From NCBI GenBank assembly GCA_964421015.1, contig CAYQUS010000001.1, positions 364,726 to 428,725 of the forward strand: DNA of 64,000 nt, read 5' to 3'. Below the pieces are notes generated by a model that saw only the letters and a program-made list of their open reading frames with translations, was not told the DNA's origin and did not search any database. Each line of letters begins with the position of its first letter. The first letter of the stretch is position 1. Shown here piece after piece: positions 43,984 through 54,056 of the stretch. The position numbers and the translations under genes were made by a program. The DNA comes from an uncultured Planctomycetia bacterium. Its GTDB lineage: Bacteria > Omnitrophota > Gorgyraeia > Tantalellales > Tantalellaceae.

Positions 43984-46214
43984 ACACCACCATGCATTAA
44001 CTTGACTTCGTTTATCAAAGTATCGGCTCGATTTTTATAATACTCATTGTTGCATTTCTGATATTTCTCGAATATCGCCAAGGCAGTCACTTGGGAATCC
44101 CTATACAATAAAGACAGTATATTTTTTGCCGTAGCAGAGCCAGCCTTTTCAGCAGATGCAATGAAGAATAAAAATTCTAAGGCAGGGTTATTTACATCAC
44201 CGGCTTTAATAACCTCATTTATATATTCAAAATAATGCTCCAAGCGTATCTCGTCATCTCTACCGCCATAAGTGCTTAAAAGCCTCTTAATCAAAAACGC
44301 CTCAAATTTCTCCTGGCGATCAACGTCTTGCATTGCGACCAATAAAGAAAAAAGCATTGTAATATTTAATTTTTTGTATGTCTCCGGATCATAACGATAA
44401 TAAATCAACATTTTTAGAATAAACTCGGCCTTTTCCTTAGAAGACAAATATTCTCTCTTTACCTGCTCGACATCTTGATCTGTTAGATCGGCGTCATTTG
44501 TTTCGAATAAATAATGAAGATATTTCTCTTTCCACCATCCCGTTCTCGCTAATATTTGATCAAGTTTCTGTTTACTCCGGTCTTTTTTCGAAATAAAAAA
44601 TAAATATTTACTGACCCCTTCGAACAAAGGTTTCTGCGGCAAAACCTCATCAGCGATAAATTGGGTGAATTTTTGTTCATCTTCGGGCAACAATACATTG
44701 GCCAAATAATCGGCGATTAGAAAGTCTCGGATTTCATCAAATGTAAAGCTTATAACTTCCCCATCCAACAAAACGCCAGTTTTATCAACCACATCCCTTC
44801 TAAAGAAGATGTTTTCATCTATCAGCTTAAGTATCACATTTTTATCAATCGCAGTCTTGTCGATAACAACCTGCATTGGAACATCTTTGTGTAGCCTGGA
44901 ATCAACCATGTGTTTTACGATTTCACGAATAACTTTCTGAATGGAATCATTCCCATTAGTTTTACCTTTGATCCCATCTCGAATCTGCCTATAGTATTCT
45001 TGGAAAAGGTCAAGCATGTAAACGTTCAGAATTGAACCGATGCTTCGTCCTTGATGCGCTTCGCAAAAAATACGCAATAACAAGAAATTACTGACCAGCT
45101 TCTCATAAACTCGCCCGGCAAAAGACTTCCATTCAATTTCAAAAAACGAAAGATACTTTCGGAATAACTTATCCTTCTCATGCTCCTCAAGTTTTGAATT
45201 TATGCCCTTAATCTTTTGTATTTCTGAAGCAAAAGACGCAGTCTGGATACCCTTAAAATTTAAATCATAATATTCTGTTCTGCATGTCAGAATTATTCGG
45301 ACAAACGGGTTTGAAAGCATATCTCCAATAAAAACATTCAATGCGTTGGGAAAATTTGCATCACTCGATTCATTTAAAGCATCGATAATTACAATGAAAT
45401 TTGTTTTTCTTCGCCCACATTCATGCTCAATGAATTTATTTAAGGTATCAAAATCTGTTCCGCCGGTTATTCTTTCTGTGACAAAAGCTCTCATTGAGCT
45501 GTTATTCAGTCCGTAAAAATCACCCCCGTAGAATAAGGCAACAGGTATTTCCAGCTTTAATAAAAATTCTTTTGTAAGATCGCATATTAGATTTGTTTTC
45601 CCTTGCCCTGCATCATCTAACAGCACAAGAACTCGCGACTTCAATACATTAAACTTTGCAATGGTCTCATCCATTTTCCAGCGGGCTTGCCAAGGAAAAT
45701 CATTGCTCTTCTCCGGCATGTTATTTAAAACAACGGCATTTCGTGCAATTGAAAGGTTCAATTCTTCAAGTTTAGCTTCAAGCGTTTTCAAGGAAGGGCG
45801 TGCGAGCTTCCGAAAAACCTTAAATGCAATTTTTTGTTGAATCTCCTTGTTGAGGACAGCATTTGTGTATGTAAAATCGCGTCTGTTTATATGGTCGATA
45901 AATTTATTACAGAACAAAAAAGGATGACAAAAATATCTGAGCTCCTCTTTAACTTGATTGATTTCTATATAGGAATCTGGCAGGTATTTTTTTGAATTGA
46001 TTTGTTTTTGAATTTGATCCTGCGTAAATGACAATAGTTTCTTCTGAATGGCTATATTCTGCTTTCTACGCTTAAGGCACTCTCGAATATAATTAAACGG
46101 CCATTTAACAAACCCCTTCAAGAAAGGCACCACAAGTAAAGTAATAATAAGGCCGACCACAATTGCGACGGAATTCTGCGAAATATATTGTTTTACCGCT
46201 GGCCAATCCATCAA
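43980..46214 (-). CDS. Membrane-anchored NACHT-type STAND NTPase
   Basis: N-terminal TM 'SVAIVVGLIITLLVVPFL'; Walker A 'DDAGQGKTNL'; Walker B 'FIVIIDALNESSD'; sensor-1 'RIILTCRTEY'; helical C-terminal half; 744 aa. Confidence 0.65.
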   Translation of the reverse strand: MMDWPAVKQYISQNSVAIVVGLIITLLVVPFLKGFVKWPFNYIRECLKRRKQNIAIQKKLLSFTQDQIQKQINSKKYLPDSYIEINQVKEELRYFCHPFLFCNKFIDHINRRDFTYTNAVLNKEIQQKIAFKVFRKLARPSLKTLEAKLEELNLSIARNAVVLNNMPEKSNDFPWQARWKMDETIAKFNVLKSRVLVLLDDAGQGKTNLICDLTKEFLLKLEIPVALFYGGDFYGLNNSSMRAFVTERITGGTDFDTLNKFIEHECGRRKTNFIVIIDALNESSDANFPNALNVFIGDMLSNPFVRIILTCRTEYYDLNFKGIQTASFASEIQKIKGINSKLEEHEKDKLFRKYLSFFEIEWKSFAGRVYEKLVSNFLLLRIFCEAHQGRSIGSILNVYMLDLFQEYYRQIRDGIKGKTNGNDSIQKVIREIVKHMVDSRLHKDVPMQVVIDKTAIDKNVILKLIDENIFFRRDVVDKTGVLLDGEVISFTFDEIRDFLIADYLANVLLPEDEQKFTQFIADEVLPQKPLFEGVSKYLFFISKKDRSKQKLDQILARTGWWKEKYLHYLFETNDADLTDQDVEQVKREYLSSKEKAEFILKMLIYYRYDPETYKKLNITMLFSLLVAMQDVDRQEKFEAFLIKRLLSTYGGRDDEIRLEHYFEYINEVIKAGDVNNPALEFLFFIASAEKAGSATAKNILSLLYRDSQVTALAIFEKYQKCNNEYYKNRADTLINEVKLMHGGV

Positions 46215-49180
46215 TAATACTCCCTTATATACCCATACGCCCGGTCGAAGAGGTCTTGGTCAGTGTGGAGATTATATTTGAGCAGGGTTTTGCGGAGGGC
46301 TTTTTTGACTTCGCGCTCACCGGCGGCAGTGGACTGCCAACCCGGGAATCGCACAACCTTAACAATTTCATCTATGTCATTGACTATGCGTTCCACGATG
46401 GCAGGCGTCTGATCTGTGCGGACTTCCAAGAATAACTCGGTTAGCGCCGACTTCGCGCCACGACGCTCTTCCTGAGTCTCTTCTTCCTTTTCAGCCTGAA
46501 CGACTTCCTTGGCCAGCTCGATCAAATGCTTGAGGAAATCAACGCTATTAATGAGCCCGCGCTCAACCTTATCGCGCAACTCCTCAAGTCGCTGGCCAAG
46601 TTCTTCAAATTTCGGATTCCCCTTATGCTTCCGTAGGCGATTAACAATCTCGATCTCGATTAACTTGGTCTTTTTGGCATCCTTTGTTTTCATGAGATCT
46701 TCGACCACATCCGCATCGAGTATGATCTTCTCCAAGTCATCGCTGATCTTCTCGACATGGATATGCTCATGAATTAGCTTCATCGTCTGGGCACCCAAAG
46801 CATGCCACAATAGCCTGCCGGTATCACTGGACGGCGGCTTCACTGATTCGTACACCTTGGTCAACCAGCGGTAATCCTTCTCATAAACGTTCAGAATTGA
46901 ATCCGGCGACAGTGCCTCCCAGAGAAGCGACAAATAACTGTAATCATTTGCAAAGGCATCCCGCTTGGTATTCGTATTCACACATTCCTGCGCGAGTAAA
47001 AGCCCTTCATATCCCTCAATACTTCTATCCACATTGGGAAAGTGCGCCAGACATAGGGCTATTGCCTGCTTCAGCTTGTCTTTAAGCGTCCCAATATTCG
47101 TAATGACTTGCCGCACGGATGCCTCGTCAAATTCCAGAGCCCGGGCCACGTTATCAAAAACACCGTAATAATCCACGATCAATCCATGCGTCTTGTCTTT
47201 ATAAACACGGTTTGTCCGGCAGATAGCCTGAAGCAGATTGTGATCCTTCATGGCTTTGTCGAGATACATGGCCTGAAGAATCGGCGCGTCAAAACCAGTT
47301 AAAAGCTTGGCTGTTACGATGACAAATTTGAGCGGGTCCACAGGATCACGGAATCGGTCTAACAGTTTCTCCTGCTCATCACGCTCCATTCGATACTTCT
47401 TCTTGAAGGCTTCATCGTCTGAATGGTTGGTCGAGATGACAACCACACTCTCTTCTGGCGGGATTAGCTTGTCCAACTCTTCCTTGTAAAGTTCGCACGC
47501 AAAACGATCCGGACAGACGATCTGCGCCTTGAACCCTTGCGGCTCAATCTTTTCATGGAAGTGCTGAACAATATCAGCGGCAATCTTCCGAATGCGATCC
47601 GGTGACTTCAGGAAAGCCGACATTTGTGCCGCTTTCTGAACAAGCAATGCCTTCTGCTCTCCCGACAATGTCTCTGTCATCTGGGCAAATTCGGCATCAA
47701 TGAGCTCTTTATCTACGTGGATATCCAGCAACCTCGGCTCAAAATGAAGCGGAAGTGTGGCTTTATCCCGTAACGACTCCTCAAAAGAATATCGGGACAA
47801 GTAACCGGATAAATCTTCTTCCGCGCTAAACGTTCTAAATGTATTCCTGTCTCGCTGGTTAATTGGTGTGCCGGTAAGCCCAAAGAAAAACGCATTAGGC
47901 AAGGCATTGCGCATTTTCCGGCCCAAATCACCCTCTTGTGTTCGATGCGCCTCATCAACCAGAGCAATAATATTCTCCCGATCATTCAAAAGGCCGTCTG
48001 CCTCAGCGAATTTATGCATGGTCGTTATAATGATCTTGCGCGTGTCCTGTTTTAACAACCGTTGTAATTCTTCCCGGCTATCTGTCGCCACAATATTGGG
48101 AACATCACAGGCATTAAACGTAGCCGTAATCTGAGTATCTAAGTCCACACGATCAACCACAATAAGCACTGTAGGACTTTTAAGCTCCGGCATCTGGCGC
48201 ATCTTCTGCGCGGCAAAGACCATTAAAAGTGATTTGCCTGAACCCTGAAAATGCCAAATAAGCCCTTTCTTGACCGCGCCCTCTTTGACGCGCTGGACGA
48301 TTAGGTTTGCACCCTCATACTGCTGATACCGAGCGATGATCTTAATTCTTCGGTTCTTCCGGTCAGTTGCAAAGATCGTGAAGTGCTCCAGCAGATCCAG
48401 AATCACCGCTGGTTTGAACATTGACTCAAGCGCAACCTCGATCTCTTTCAAGCCGATCAGTTCCTTTAAGGCAACATCTTTATTTGACTCATCCCGCCAC
48501 GGCCCCCAGATTTCAAGCGGCATGCGAATAGAACCATAGCGGAATGTTTTCCCTTCCGAGGCGAATGAAAAAATATTCGGCACAAATAGCTCTGGAACAG
48601 TATTCTCATAATCGTCATGAATCTGGACAGCGCCATCCAACCAAGAAATAGACGGCCGCACCGGCGTCTTAAATTCTCCGACTACAATCGGAATGCCGTT
48701 TATAAGCAAGACCATGTCCGGAATCTTGGTAACACCCCTGATAATCTTGTACTGATTGGTTGCTATGAAAACATTGTTTGAGAGCTTATCGAAGTCAATC
48801 AACCGCACCGGGACGTGCTGGTTATTTTCGCCAAAGGGCATCGTCTTCTCGCCCTGAAGCCACTTTGTGAATTCCTCGTTGGCTTTAACAAGACCGACGT
48901 CATTGACCGATAACAAAATGGCCCGAAGCTTGTAGATGACCTCGTCCGCCCGCTCCGGTATGGCGCGAATCTCGGCATTGATCCGAATAAGGGCATCTTT
49001 GAGCATCTTCTCAACCACAACCTCGCCTTCATCACGGCCAAGCTGATCGGCTGATAGATATTTCCACTGCACTGTCTCGGCATACTCTGGACGCGCACTA
49101 TCTCCAACGCCGCCAGATCCTTGACCGGTTAACTTAGATATTACATATTGCTCGATAGTATTTTGTTCGTTAAATGTCAT
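46211..49180 (-). CDS. hsdR: Type I restriction enzyme R subunit
   Basis: N-terminal nuclease region 'LINGIPIVVGEFKTP'; SF2 helicase motifs 'HFQGSGKS' and 'VDEAHRTQ'; 989 aa. Confidence 0.9.
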   Translation of the reverse strand: MTFNEQNTIEQYVISKLTGQGSGGVGDSARPEYAETVQWKYLSADQLGRDEGEVVVEKMLKDALIRINAEIRAIPERADEVIYKLRAILLSVNDVGLVKANEEFTKWLQGEKTMPFGENNQHVPVRLIDFDKLSNNVFIATNQYKIIRGVTKIPDMVLLINGIPIVVGEFKTPVRPSISWLDGAVQIHDDYENTVPELFVPNIFSFASEGKTFRYGSIRMPLEIWGPWRDESNKDVALKELIGLKEIEVALESMFKPAVILDLLEHFTIFATDRKNRRIKIIARYQQYEGANLIVQRVKEGAVKKGLIWHFQGSGKSLLMVFAAQKMRQMPELKSPTVLIVVDRVDLDTQITATFNACDVPNIVATDSREELQRLLKQDTRKIIITTMHKFAEADGLLNDRENIIALVDEAHRTQEGDLGRKMRNALPNAFFFGLTGTPINQRDRNTFRTFSAEEDLSGYLSRYSFEESLRDKATLPLHFEPRLLDIHVDKELIDAEFAQMTETLSGEQKALLVQKAAQMSAFLKSPDRIRKIAADIVQHFHEKIEPQGFKAQIVCPDRFACELYKEELDKLIPPEESVVVISTNHSDDEAFKKKYRMERDEQEKLLDRFRDPVDPLKFVIVTAKLLTGFDAPILQAMYLDKAMKDHNLLQAICRTNRVYKDKTHGLIVDYYGVFDNVARALEFDEASVRQVITNIGTLKDKLKQAIALCLAHFPNVDRSIEGYEGLLLAQECVNTNTKRDAFANDYSYLSLLWEALSPDSILNVYEKDYRWLTKVYESVKPPSSDTGRLLWHALGAQTMKLIHEHIHVEKISDDLEKIILDADVVEDLMKTKDAKKTKLIEIEIVNRLRKHKGNPKFEELGQRLEELRDKVERGLINSVDFLKHLIELAKEVVQAEKEEETQEERRGAKSALTELFLEVRTDQTPAIVERIVNDIDEIVKVVRFPGWQSTAAGEREVKKALRKTLLKYNLHTDQDLFDRAYGYIREYY

Positions 49181-50337
49181 GTTTTGCTCACGAATAATTG
49201 ATTAATAATCTTATTTTGAATTTCGATTGTTCTATCGATAAAAGCCTCTATTGATTTCTTTTGCTTTACAATTCTATCTAACTCTTTGACTATCCTATTT
49301 TGTTCTTTTAATTCGGGAACAGGCACTTCCACAGACCTAAAAACATTGGCATTCATTTTAAAATTAACTTGTTGAGCGACATCTTTAGTAAAGTATTCTG
49401 TCCTACGTAAAAAATTAAACAAATAGAACCCATATTCCGGCAAAAATAGTTCTCTATTAGACCTAATTCGCAAAACAAAGGATGCGTAGGTATAACTGCC
49501 ATCTAAATCAAATATGGCCGTTTTCCCGACATGAGCTGGCGATCCAGATCGCCAATTAAGTAATAGATCTCCCTTCTTTAAAAAGAATTGGTCTTTTTTG
49601 GGTGGTTCAATGTAAACCTTCTTAGACATCTCAATATCGCCTTCAAGTGAAATGTTGGCTCCTGTTATGATCGGCCAACCAATTTTAGAATCTTTGTTAT
49701 CTGCTACAGATTCTGAAATTCCATAATCAACCTGAGCAATTTCTTCGATTCTGCCAACTTTCCATTTTCGCTTCTTAAAAATATCCCATTCTAAGGATTG
49801 CCTTAATTGCCCAAGACGCAATGATATCTTTGAATATGCCTCTATTGCGGAATTAATGCTCCATAGCAAGCTGGCAATATTTTCTTGTTCTTTTAAAGGC
49901 GGCACCAATAAAGTATACTTTGCTAAATCTCTCCATTTTACTCGTTTTGACATCGTGCCAGCAGCATGAGAATTTGCATATTGCCACAATGGTTCTCCAT
50001 TAAAAATAAAAGCCAAAAAACCAGGAACAATCGCTTCTTTATTCTCCCTAATAACAAAAGCATCTCCTGAACAAATACCATCGAAGTCGACCATTGACGC
50101 ACGTTTAAGGTATGCATTTCTACGAGCAAAGAGGATATCGCCTTTTTTAAAAAGTTTCATCGCGGATACTAAATTTTCAGTTGAACCCCATTTCTTAATT
50201 TTCAAATCCCCAGAAACAAAATGTTCAAGCCCAACAAAACGTTCATACCCTGACTTAGACGGATTATCAATGCGCTCAGATATTTCTGTGGCAATCTCAC
50301 CCAAACATATCTTTTGCCATTTTTCGACATTAATCAT
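49177..50337 (-). CDS. hsdS: Type I R-M specificity subunit
   Basis: Two target-recognition-domain halves with conserved spacer helices ('LKEQENIASLL', 'LKEQNRIVKEL'). Confidence 0.85.
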   Translation of the reverse strand: MINVEKWQKICLGEIATEISERIDNPSKSGYERFVGLEHFVSGDLKIKKWGSTENLVSAMKLFKKGDILFARRNAYLKRASMVDFDGICSGDAFVIRENKEAIVPGFLAFIFNGEPLWQYANSHAAGTMSKRVKWRDLAKYTLLVPPLKEQENIASLLWSINSAIEAYSKISLRLGQLRQSLEWDIFKKRKWKVGRIEEIAQVDYGISESVADNKDSKIGWPIITGANISLEGDIEMSKKVYIEPPKKDQFFLKKGDLLLNWRSGSPAHVGKTAIFDLDGSYTYASFVLRIRSNRELFLPEYGFYLFNFLRRTEYFTKDVAQQVNFKMNANVFRSVEVPVPELKEQNRIVKELDRIVKQKKSIEAFIDRTIEIQNKIINQLFVSKT

Positions 50338-51796
50338 TAGACAATGCCTCTATTAAATTTAGCATTTCAACCTTTACTACATCTGATTTCAAGTCCCAAT
50401 TAGTTATGGCAGCTTTTAAATCACCACTCTGCGTACTTTCAGAGATGTGCCGCTGAACATAAAGTTGAACACTAAGATTTCCATTGTTCTTTAAAATATC
50501 TTTGGTTGATACAATTTTGCAAAATCGCTCAATATTCTTATGCCCCCTATACGCAGTTAAAATATTTTGTATGTTTTCCTTCTCCAAATAACTCATTGTT
50601 TTTTCTTTTCTTATCTCATCAACCGCGTCAATGAAAATAACTTTATGGCGAATTTCCTTTTTCTTGTTACAAATCACAATACAAGAAACCATTGATGAGT
50701 TATAAAAGAGATTGGGACCCATCCCAATAACAGCCTCAACGACATCAGATTCAATCATTTTCTTTCGCATCTCAATTTCAGAATCCCGAAACAGTATCCC
50801 ATGTGGCCAAAGAACTGCACACCGGCCATTTTTATCATCAAGACTTTTAATAATGTGCTGCTGAAACGCGTAATCCGCGCACCCTTGCGGCGGCGTGCCG
50901 TAGATATTTCGGCCGTAAGGATCTTTTTCAAATTCCGTCCTGTTCCATGACTTGATCGAATACGGCGGATTAGCGAGGATGATATTAAATTGCTTGAGCT
51001 TATCCTTTTCCAAAAATGCCGGATGTTTTAAGGTATCCCCGCGTGCAATCTTGAAATCCTCAATGCCGTGTAAGAACATATTCATCCGCGCGATAGCCGA
51101 CGTCATCAGGTTAAGTTCTTGTCCATAGAGCTTAAGCGACCGATATTCTTTCTTATCAGCCTTAAGTTTATTCACACAAGAAAGTAGCATGCCGCCTGAT
51201 CCGCACGTGGGGTCATAAATCGACTCGCCCGGCTTTGGATCCATGATCAGCGTCATTAAGTGGACAACCGTGCGGTTGGTATAAAACTCCGCGGCCGTAT
51301 GGCCACTGTCGTCCGCAAATTGCTTGATAAGAAATTCATAGCCCTGTCCAAGTTCATCATTGGGAACATTCTTAATAGATAATGTCTCTGATGAAAAATG
51401 CTCCATCAGGTTAATAAGCGTCTCATCGCTCAACCGATCTTTATTCGTCCACTGCGCATCACCAAATATGCCAAAAAGCGTATCCGGGTTGGCTTTTTCA
51501 ATCTGGCGCATGGCCTTCTCGATCGCCATGCCGACATTCTTTGTATTCTCGCGGGTATGCTTCCAATGCGCCCCCTTGGGTATCTGGAAACGGTGATTCT
51601 CGGCAAATTCGGCAAACTTCAAGTCCCCGCGTGATTCTTTAAGCGCGTTCTGATACTCTTCATCGTAAACATCACAAATACGCTTATAGAAAAGAAGCGG
51701 GAATATGTATTGTTTGTAATCTCCGGCATCAATCAGGCCACGCAACAGCGTTGCCGCTCCCCAGAGATATTTTTCTAATGCCTGTTGTGTCATCAT
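50330..51796 (-). CDS. hsdM: Type I R-M N6-adenine DNA methyltransferase, paralogue 1
   Basis: HsdM N-domain; 'DPTCGSGGML' (motif I); 'NPPYS' (motif IV); 'EFYTNRTVV' deviates from the usual FYTP. Confidence 0.9.
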   Translation of the reverse strand: MMTQQALEKYLWGAATLLRGLIDAGDYKQYIFPLLFYKRICDVYDEEYQNALKESRGDLKFAEFAENHRFQIPKGAHWKHTRENTKNVGMAIEKAMRQIEKANPDTLFGIFGDAQWTNKDRLSDETLINLMEHFSSETLSIKNVPNDELGQGYEFLIKQFADDSGHTAAEFYTNRTVVHLMTLIMDPKPGESIYDPTCGSGGMLLSCVNKLKADKKEYRSLKLYGQELNLMTSAIARMNMFLHGIEDFKIARGDTLKHPAFLEKDKLKQFNIILANPPYSIKSWNRTEFEKDPYGRNIYGTPPQGCADYAFQQHIIKSLDDKNGRCAVLWPHGILFRDSEIEMRKKMIESDVVEAVIGMGPNLFYNSSMVSCIVICNKKKEIRHKVIFIDAVDEIRKEKTMSYLEKENIQNILTAYRGHKNIERFCKIVSTKDILKNNGNLSVQLYVQRHISESTQSGDLKAAITNWDLKSDVVKVEMLNLIEALSND

Positions 51797-53286
51797 TTTA
51801 GTAATCCAAATTCCTTCAACTGTTCTTTCATTTTCTCTTCCGCTTTGACTGCTTCATTAAATGCCGCTTTAAGGTCCTTGAGCGCCTCTTTAACGCTGGG
51901 CAAATTGTCCTCAATCTTTTTTTCGACATAGAGCGGAATGTTCAAATTAAAATCATTGGCTTCAATATCCGATAGCGTCGCCACTTTGACATGATCTTGG
52001 ACGTCTTCATAGCCGCGATACCAGTCATAAATACATTTTATATGCTCTTCTTCGAGATAATTTTGCGCTCGCCCAATTCTGATCTGATCTGAAGCATCAA
52101 TAAAAAGAACCTTATCTCGCCTATCCTTCTTTTTCATTGCACGAAAGACTAAAATACAAGCCGCTAATTGTGTTCCATAAAATATGTTTTGTCCTAGTCC
52201 AATAATTGCTTCTAAAATATCCATCTTCAATAACTGCCTACGTATGTTGCCGTCTTTGTCCATCCGAGCCAATGTCCCCTGTGGCAAAACAACAGCTATC
52301 CGACCATTTGGATATTCCATCGACTTCACCATATGCTGAACCCAGGCCAAATCACCATTACTATCCGAGGGAACTCCTACAATATTGCGTCCATATGGAT
52401 CTTTTTCCCACAGGTCAGCGCCCCATTTCTTTAATGAAAACGGCGGATTGGCTATCACGCAATCAAATGTGGCAAGGTTATCCCCATTAAAGAAAGCCGG
52501 ATTGCGGAGAGTGTCATCGCGGACAATGGTAAAGTCCTCTACCCCATGCAAAAACATATTCATACGAGCAATTGTTGAGGTGGTAAGGTTCTTCTCTTGG
52601 CCAAAAATCTTGAGCGTCCGGCAATCCTGCTTCTTTTCTTTGAGATGGTTGATACATTCCAAAAGCATGCCGCCGGTACCGCAAGCCGGGTCATAAATTG
52701 ACTCTCCGGGCTTGGCATCGATAATCCGCCCCATTAGATTGACTACGGAACGCGGCGTATAAAACTCCCCCGCTTTCTTATTCGTTAAGTCAGCAAAGTG
52801 CTTGATCAAATATTCATACGCCTGACCAAGAATATCCGGTTCAATGTGGCCGTTAGCCAGATAGTATTGAGAGAAATGTTCAATGAGATTAATGAGAAGC
52901 TCGTCCGAAAGCCGGTCTTTATTCGTCCACTGGGCGTCGCCAAAGATGCCGTAAAGAAACTTCTGGTTAGCTTTCTCAATCTCGCGGAAAGCATATTGAA
53001 GCGCCTGCCCAACATTCTTTGTAACCTGCCGCACATCATTCCAGTGACAGTTCTCCGGGATAATGAACCGATGAAATTCCGGCAAGCTCGCATATTCCAC
53101 ATCTCCGCCCGACTCTTCTAAGGCTTGTTTGTATTCATCGTCATAGACGTCTGAAATGCGTTTGAAGAACAGAAGCGGGAATATATAAACCTTGAAGTCA
53201 GCCGCATCTACCGGGCCCTTGAGTATCCAAGCGGCTTTGGAGAGATATTGTTCGAGTTGCGAGAGGGTTATTTTGCCGTTGTTCAT
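51793..53286 (-). CDS. hsdM: Type I R-M N6-adenine DNA methyltransferase, paralogue 2
   Basis: 'EFYTPRSVV', 'DPACGTGGML', 'NPPFS'; about 50% identical to paralogue 1. Confidence 0.9.
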   Translation of the reverse strand: MNNGKITLSQLEQYLSKAAWILKGPVDAADFKVYIFPLLFFKRISDVYDDEYKQALEESGGDVEYASLPEFHRFIIPENCHWNDVRQVTKNVGQALQYAFREIEKANQKFLYGIFGDAQWTNKDRLSDELLINLIEHFSQYYLANGHIEPDILGQAYEYLIKHFADLTNKKAGEFYTPRSVVNLMGRIIDAKPGESIYDPACGTGGMLLECINHLKEKKQDCRTLKIFGQEKNLTTSTIARMNMFLHGVEDFTIVRDDTLRNPAFFNGDNLATFDCVIANPPFSLKKWGADLWEKDPYGRNIVGVPSDSNGDLAWVQHMVKSMEYPNGRIAVVLPQGTLARMDKDGNIRRQLLKMDILEAIIGLGQNIFYGTQLAACILVFRAMKKKDRRDKVLFIDASDQIRIGRAQNYLEEEHIKCIYDWYRGYEDVQDHVKVATLSDIEANDFNLNIPLYVEKKIEDNLPSVKEALKDLKAAFNEAVKAEEKMKEQLKEFGLLK

Positions 53287-54056
53287 AGCCCTCCCTGATC
53301 GGCAAAGCTGAAATGCTTGTCGCCTGCGATAATAATGTGATCCAGAAGCTTTATATCCAAGAGCTTCCCGGCATTGGACAAGTCTTGAGTGAATTTCTTG
53401 TCTTGCGTGCTAGGCGAGCATTCCGAGCTGGGATGGTTATGAACACAAACAATCGACTTGGCGAATTTCTGTAGCGCGGCGTGGATTATCTCACGGACAA
53501 TCGGGAATGCCTGATCAACGGTCCCAACGGCAGTATCCACGATATCGATAATGCGGTTATTACTATCAAGATAGACAACCTTAAAAACCTCTGTCTTAAG
53601 GTCGCGAAGCTGGGGCATGATGATATCCACAACATCCTTGGCAGAGGCGATCTTCTGCTTCCCGGTGGACACATCATCCTCGCGATAGCGCCGCCCGATT
53701 TCAAGCGCGGCCTGAATATGGGCAATCTTGGCCCCGCCCAAGCCTTTGAACTCTTTCCAGTCCCGGGCGTCGGTGTGGGCCATGTTGCGGAATGTGCTGA
53801 ATTTTTTAAGAATCTTGCGGGCGAGGTCAATGGCGCTGGTGCCCTGCGTGCCGGTGCGAAGAAGAATAGCCAGAAGCTCTGAATTACTCAAAGCCCCTGC
53901 ACCCTTCTTGAGGAGTTTCTCTCTCGGCCTGTCATCGGCAGGCCATGATTTTATCCCTGCTATTTTCTTCTCGTTTACCATTCTCTTCTCTATTCTTCTC
54001 TTCTCTCGAATTAACCCGTAATCAAACTGTCCTACGGAAGTACAAAGTGGCGACAC
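53283..54056 (-). CDS. radC: RadC-like JAB/MPN-domain protein
   Basis: 'HNHPSSECSPSTQD' JAMM-type motif; HhH-like N-terminus 'LSNSELLAILLRTG'. Confidence 0.8.
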   Translation of the reverse strand: MSPLCTSVGQFDYGLIREKRRIEKRMVNEKKIAGIKSWPADDRPREKLLKKGAGALSNSELLAILLRTGTQGTSAIDLARKILKKFSTFRNMAHTDARDWKEFKGLGGAKIAHIQAALEIGRRYREDDVSTGKQKIASAKDVVDIIMPQLRDLKTEVFKVVYLDSNNRIIDIVDTAVGTVDQAFPIVREIIHAALQKFAKSIVCVHNHPSSECSPSTQDKKFTQDLSNAGKLLDIKLLDHIIIAGDKHFSFADQGGL

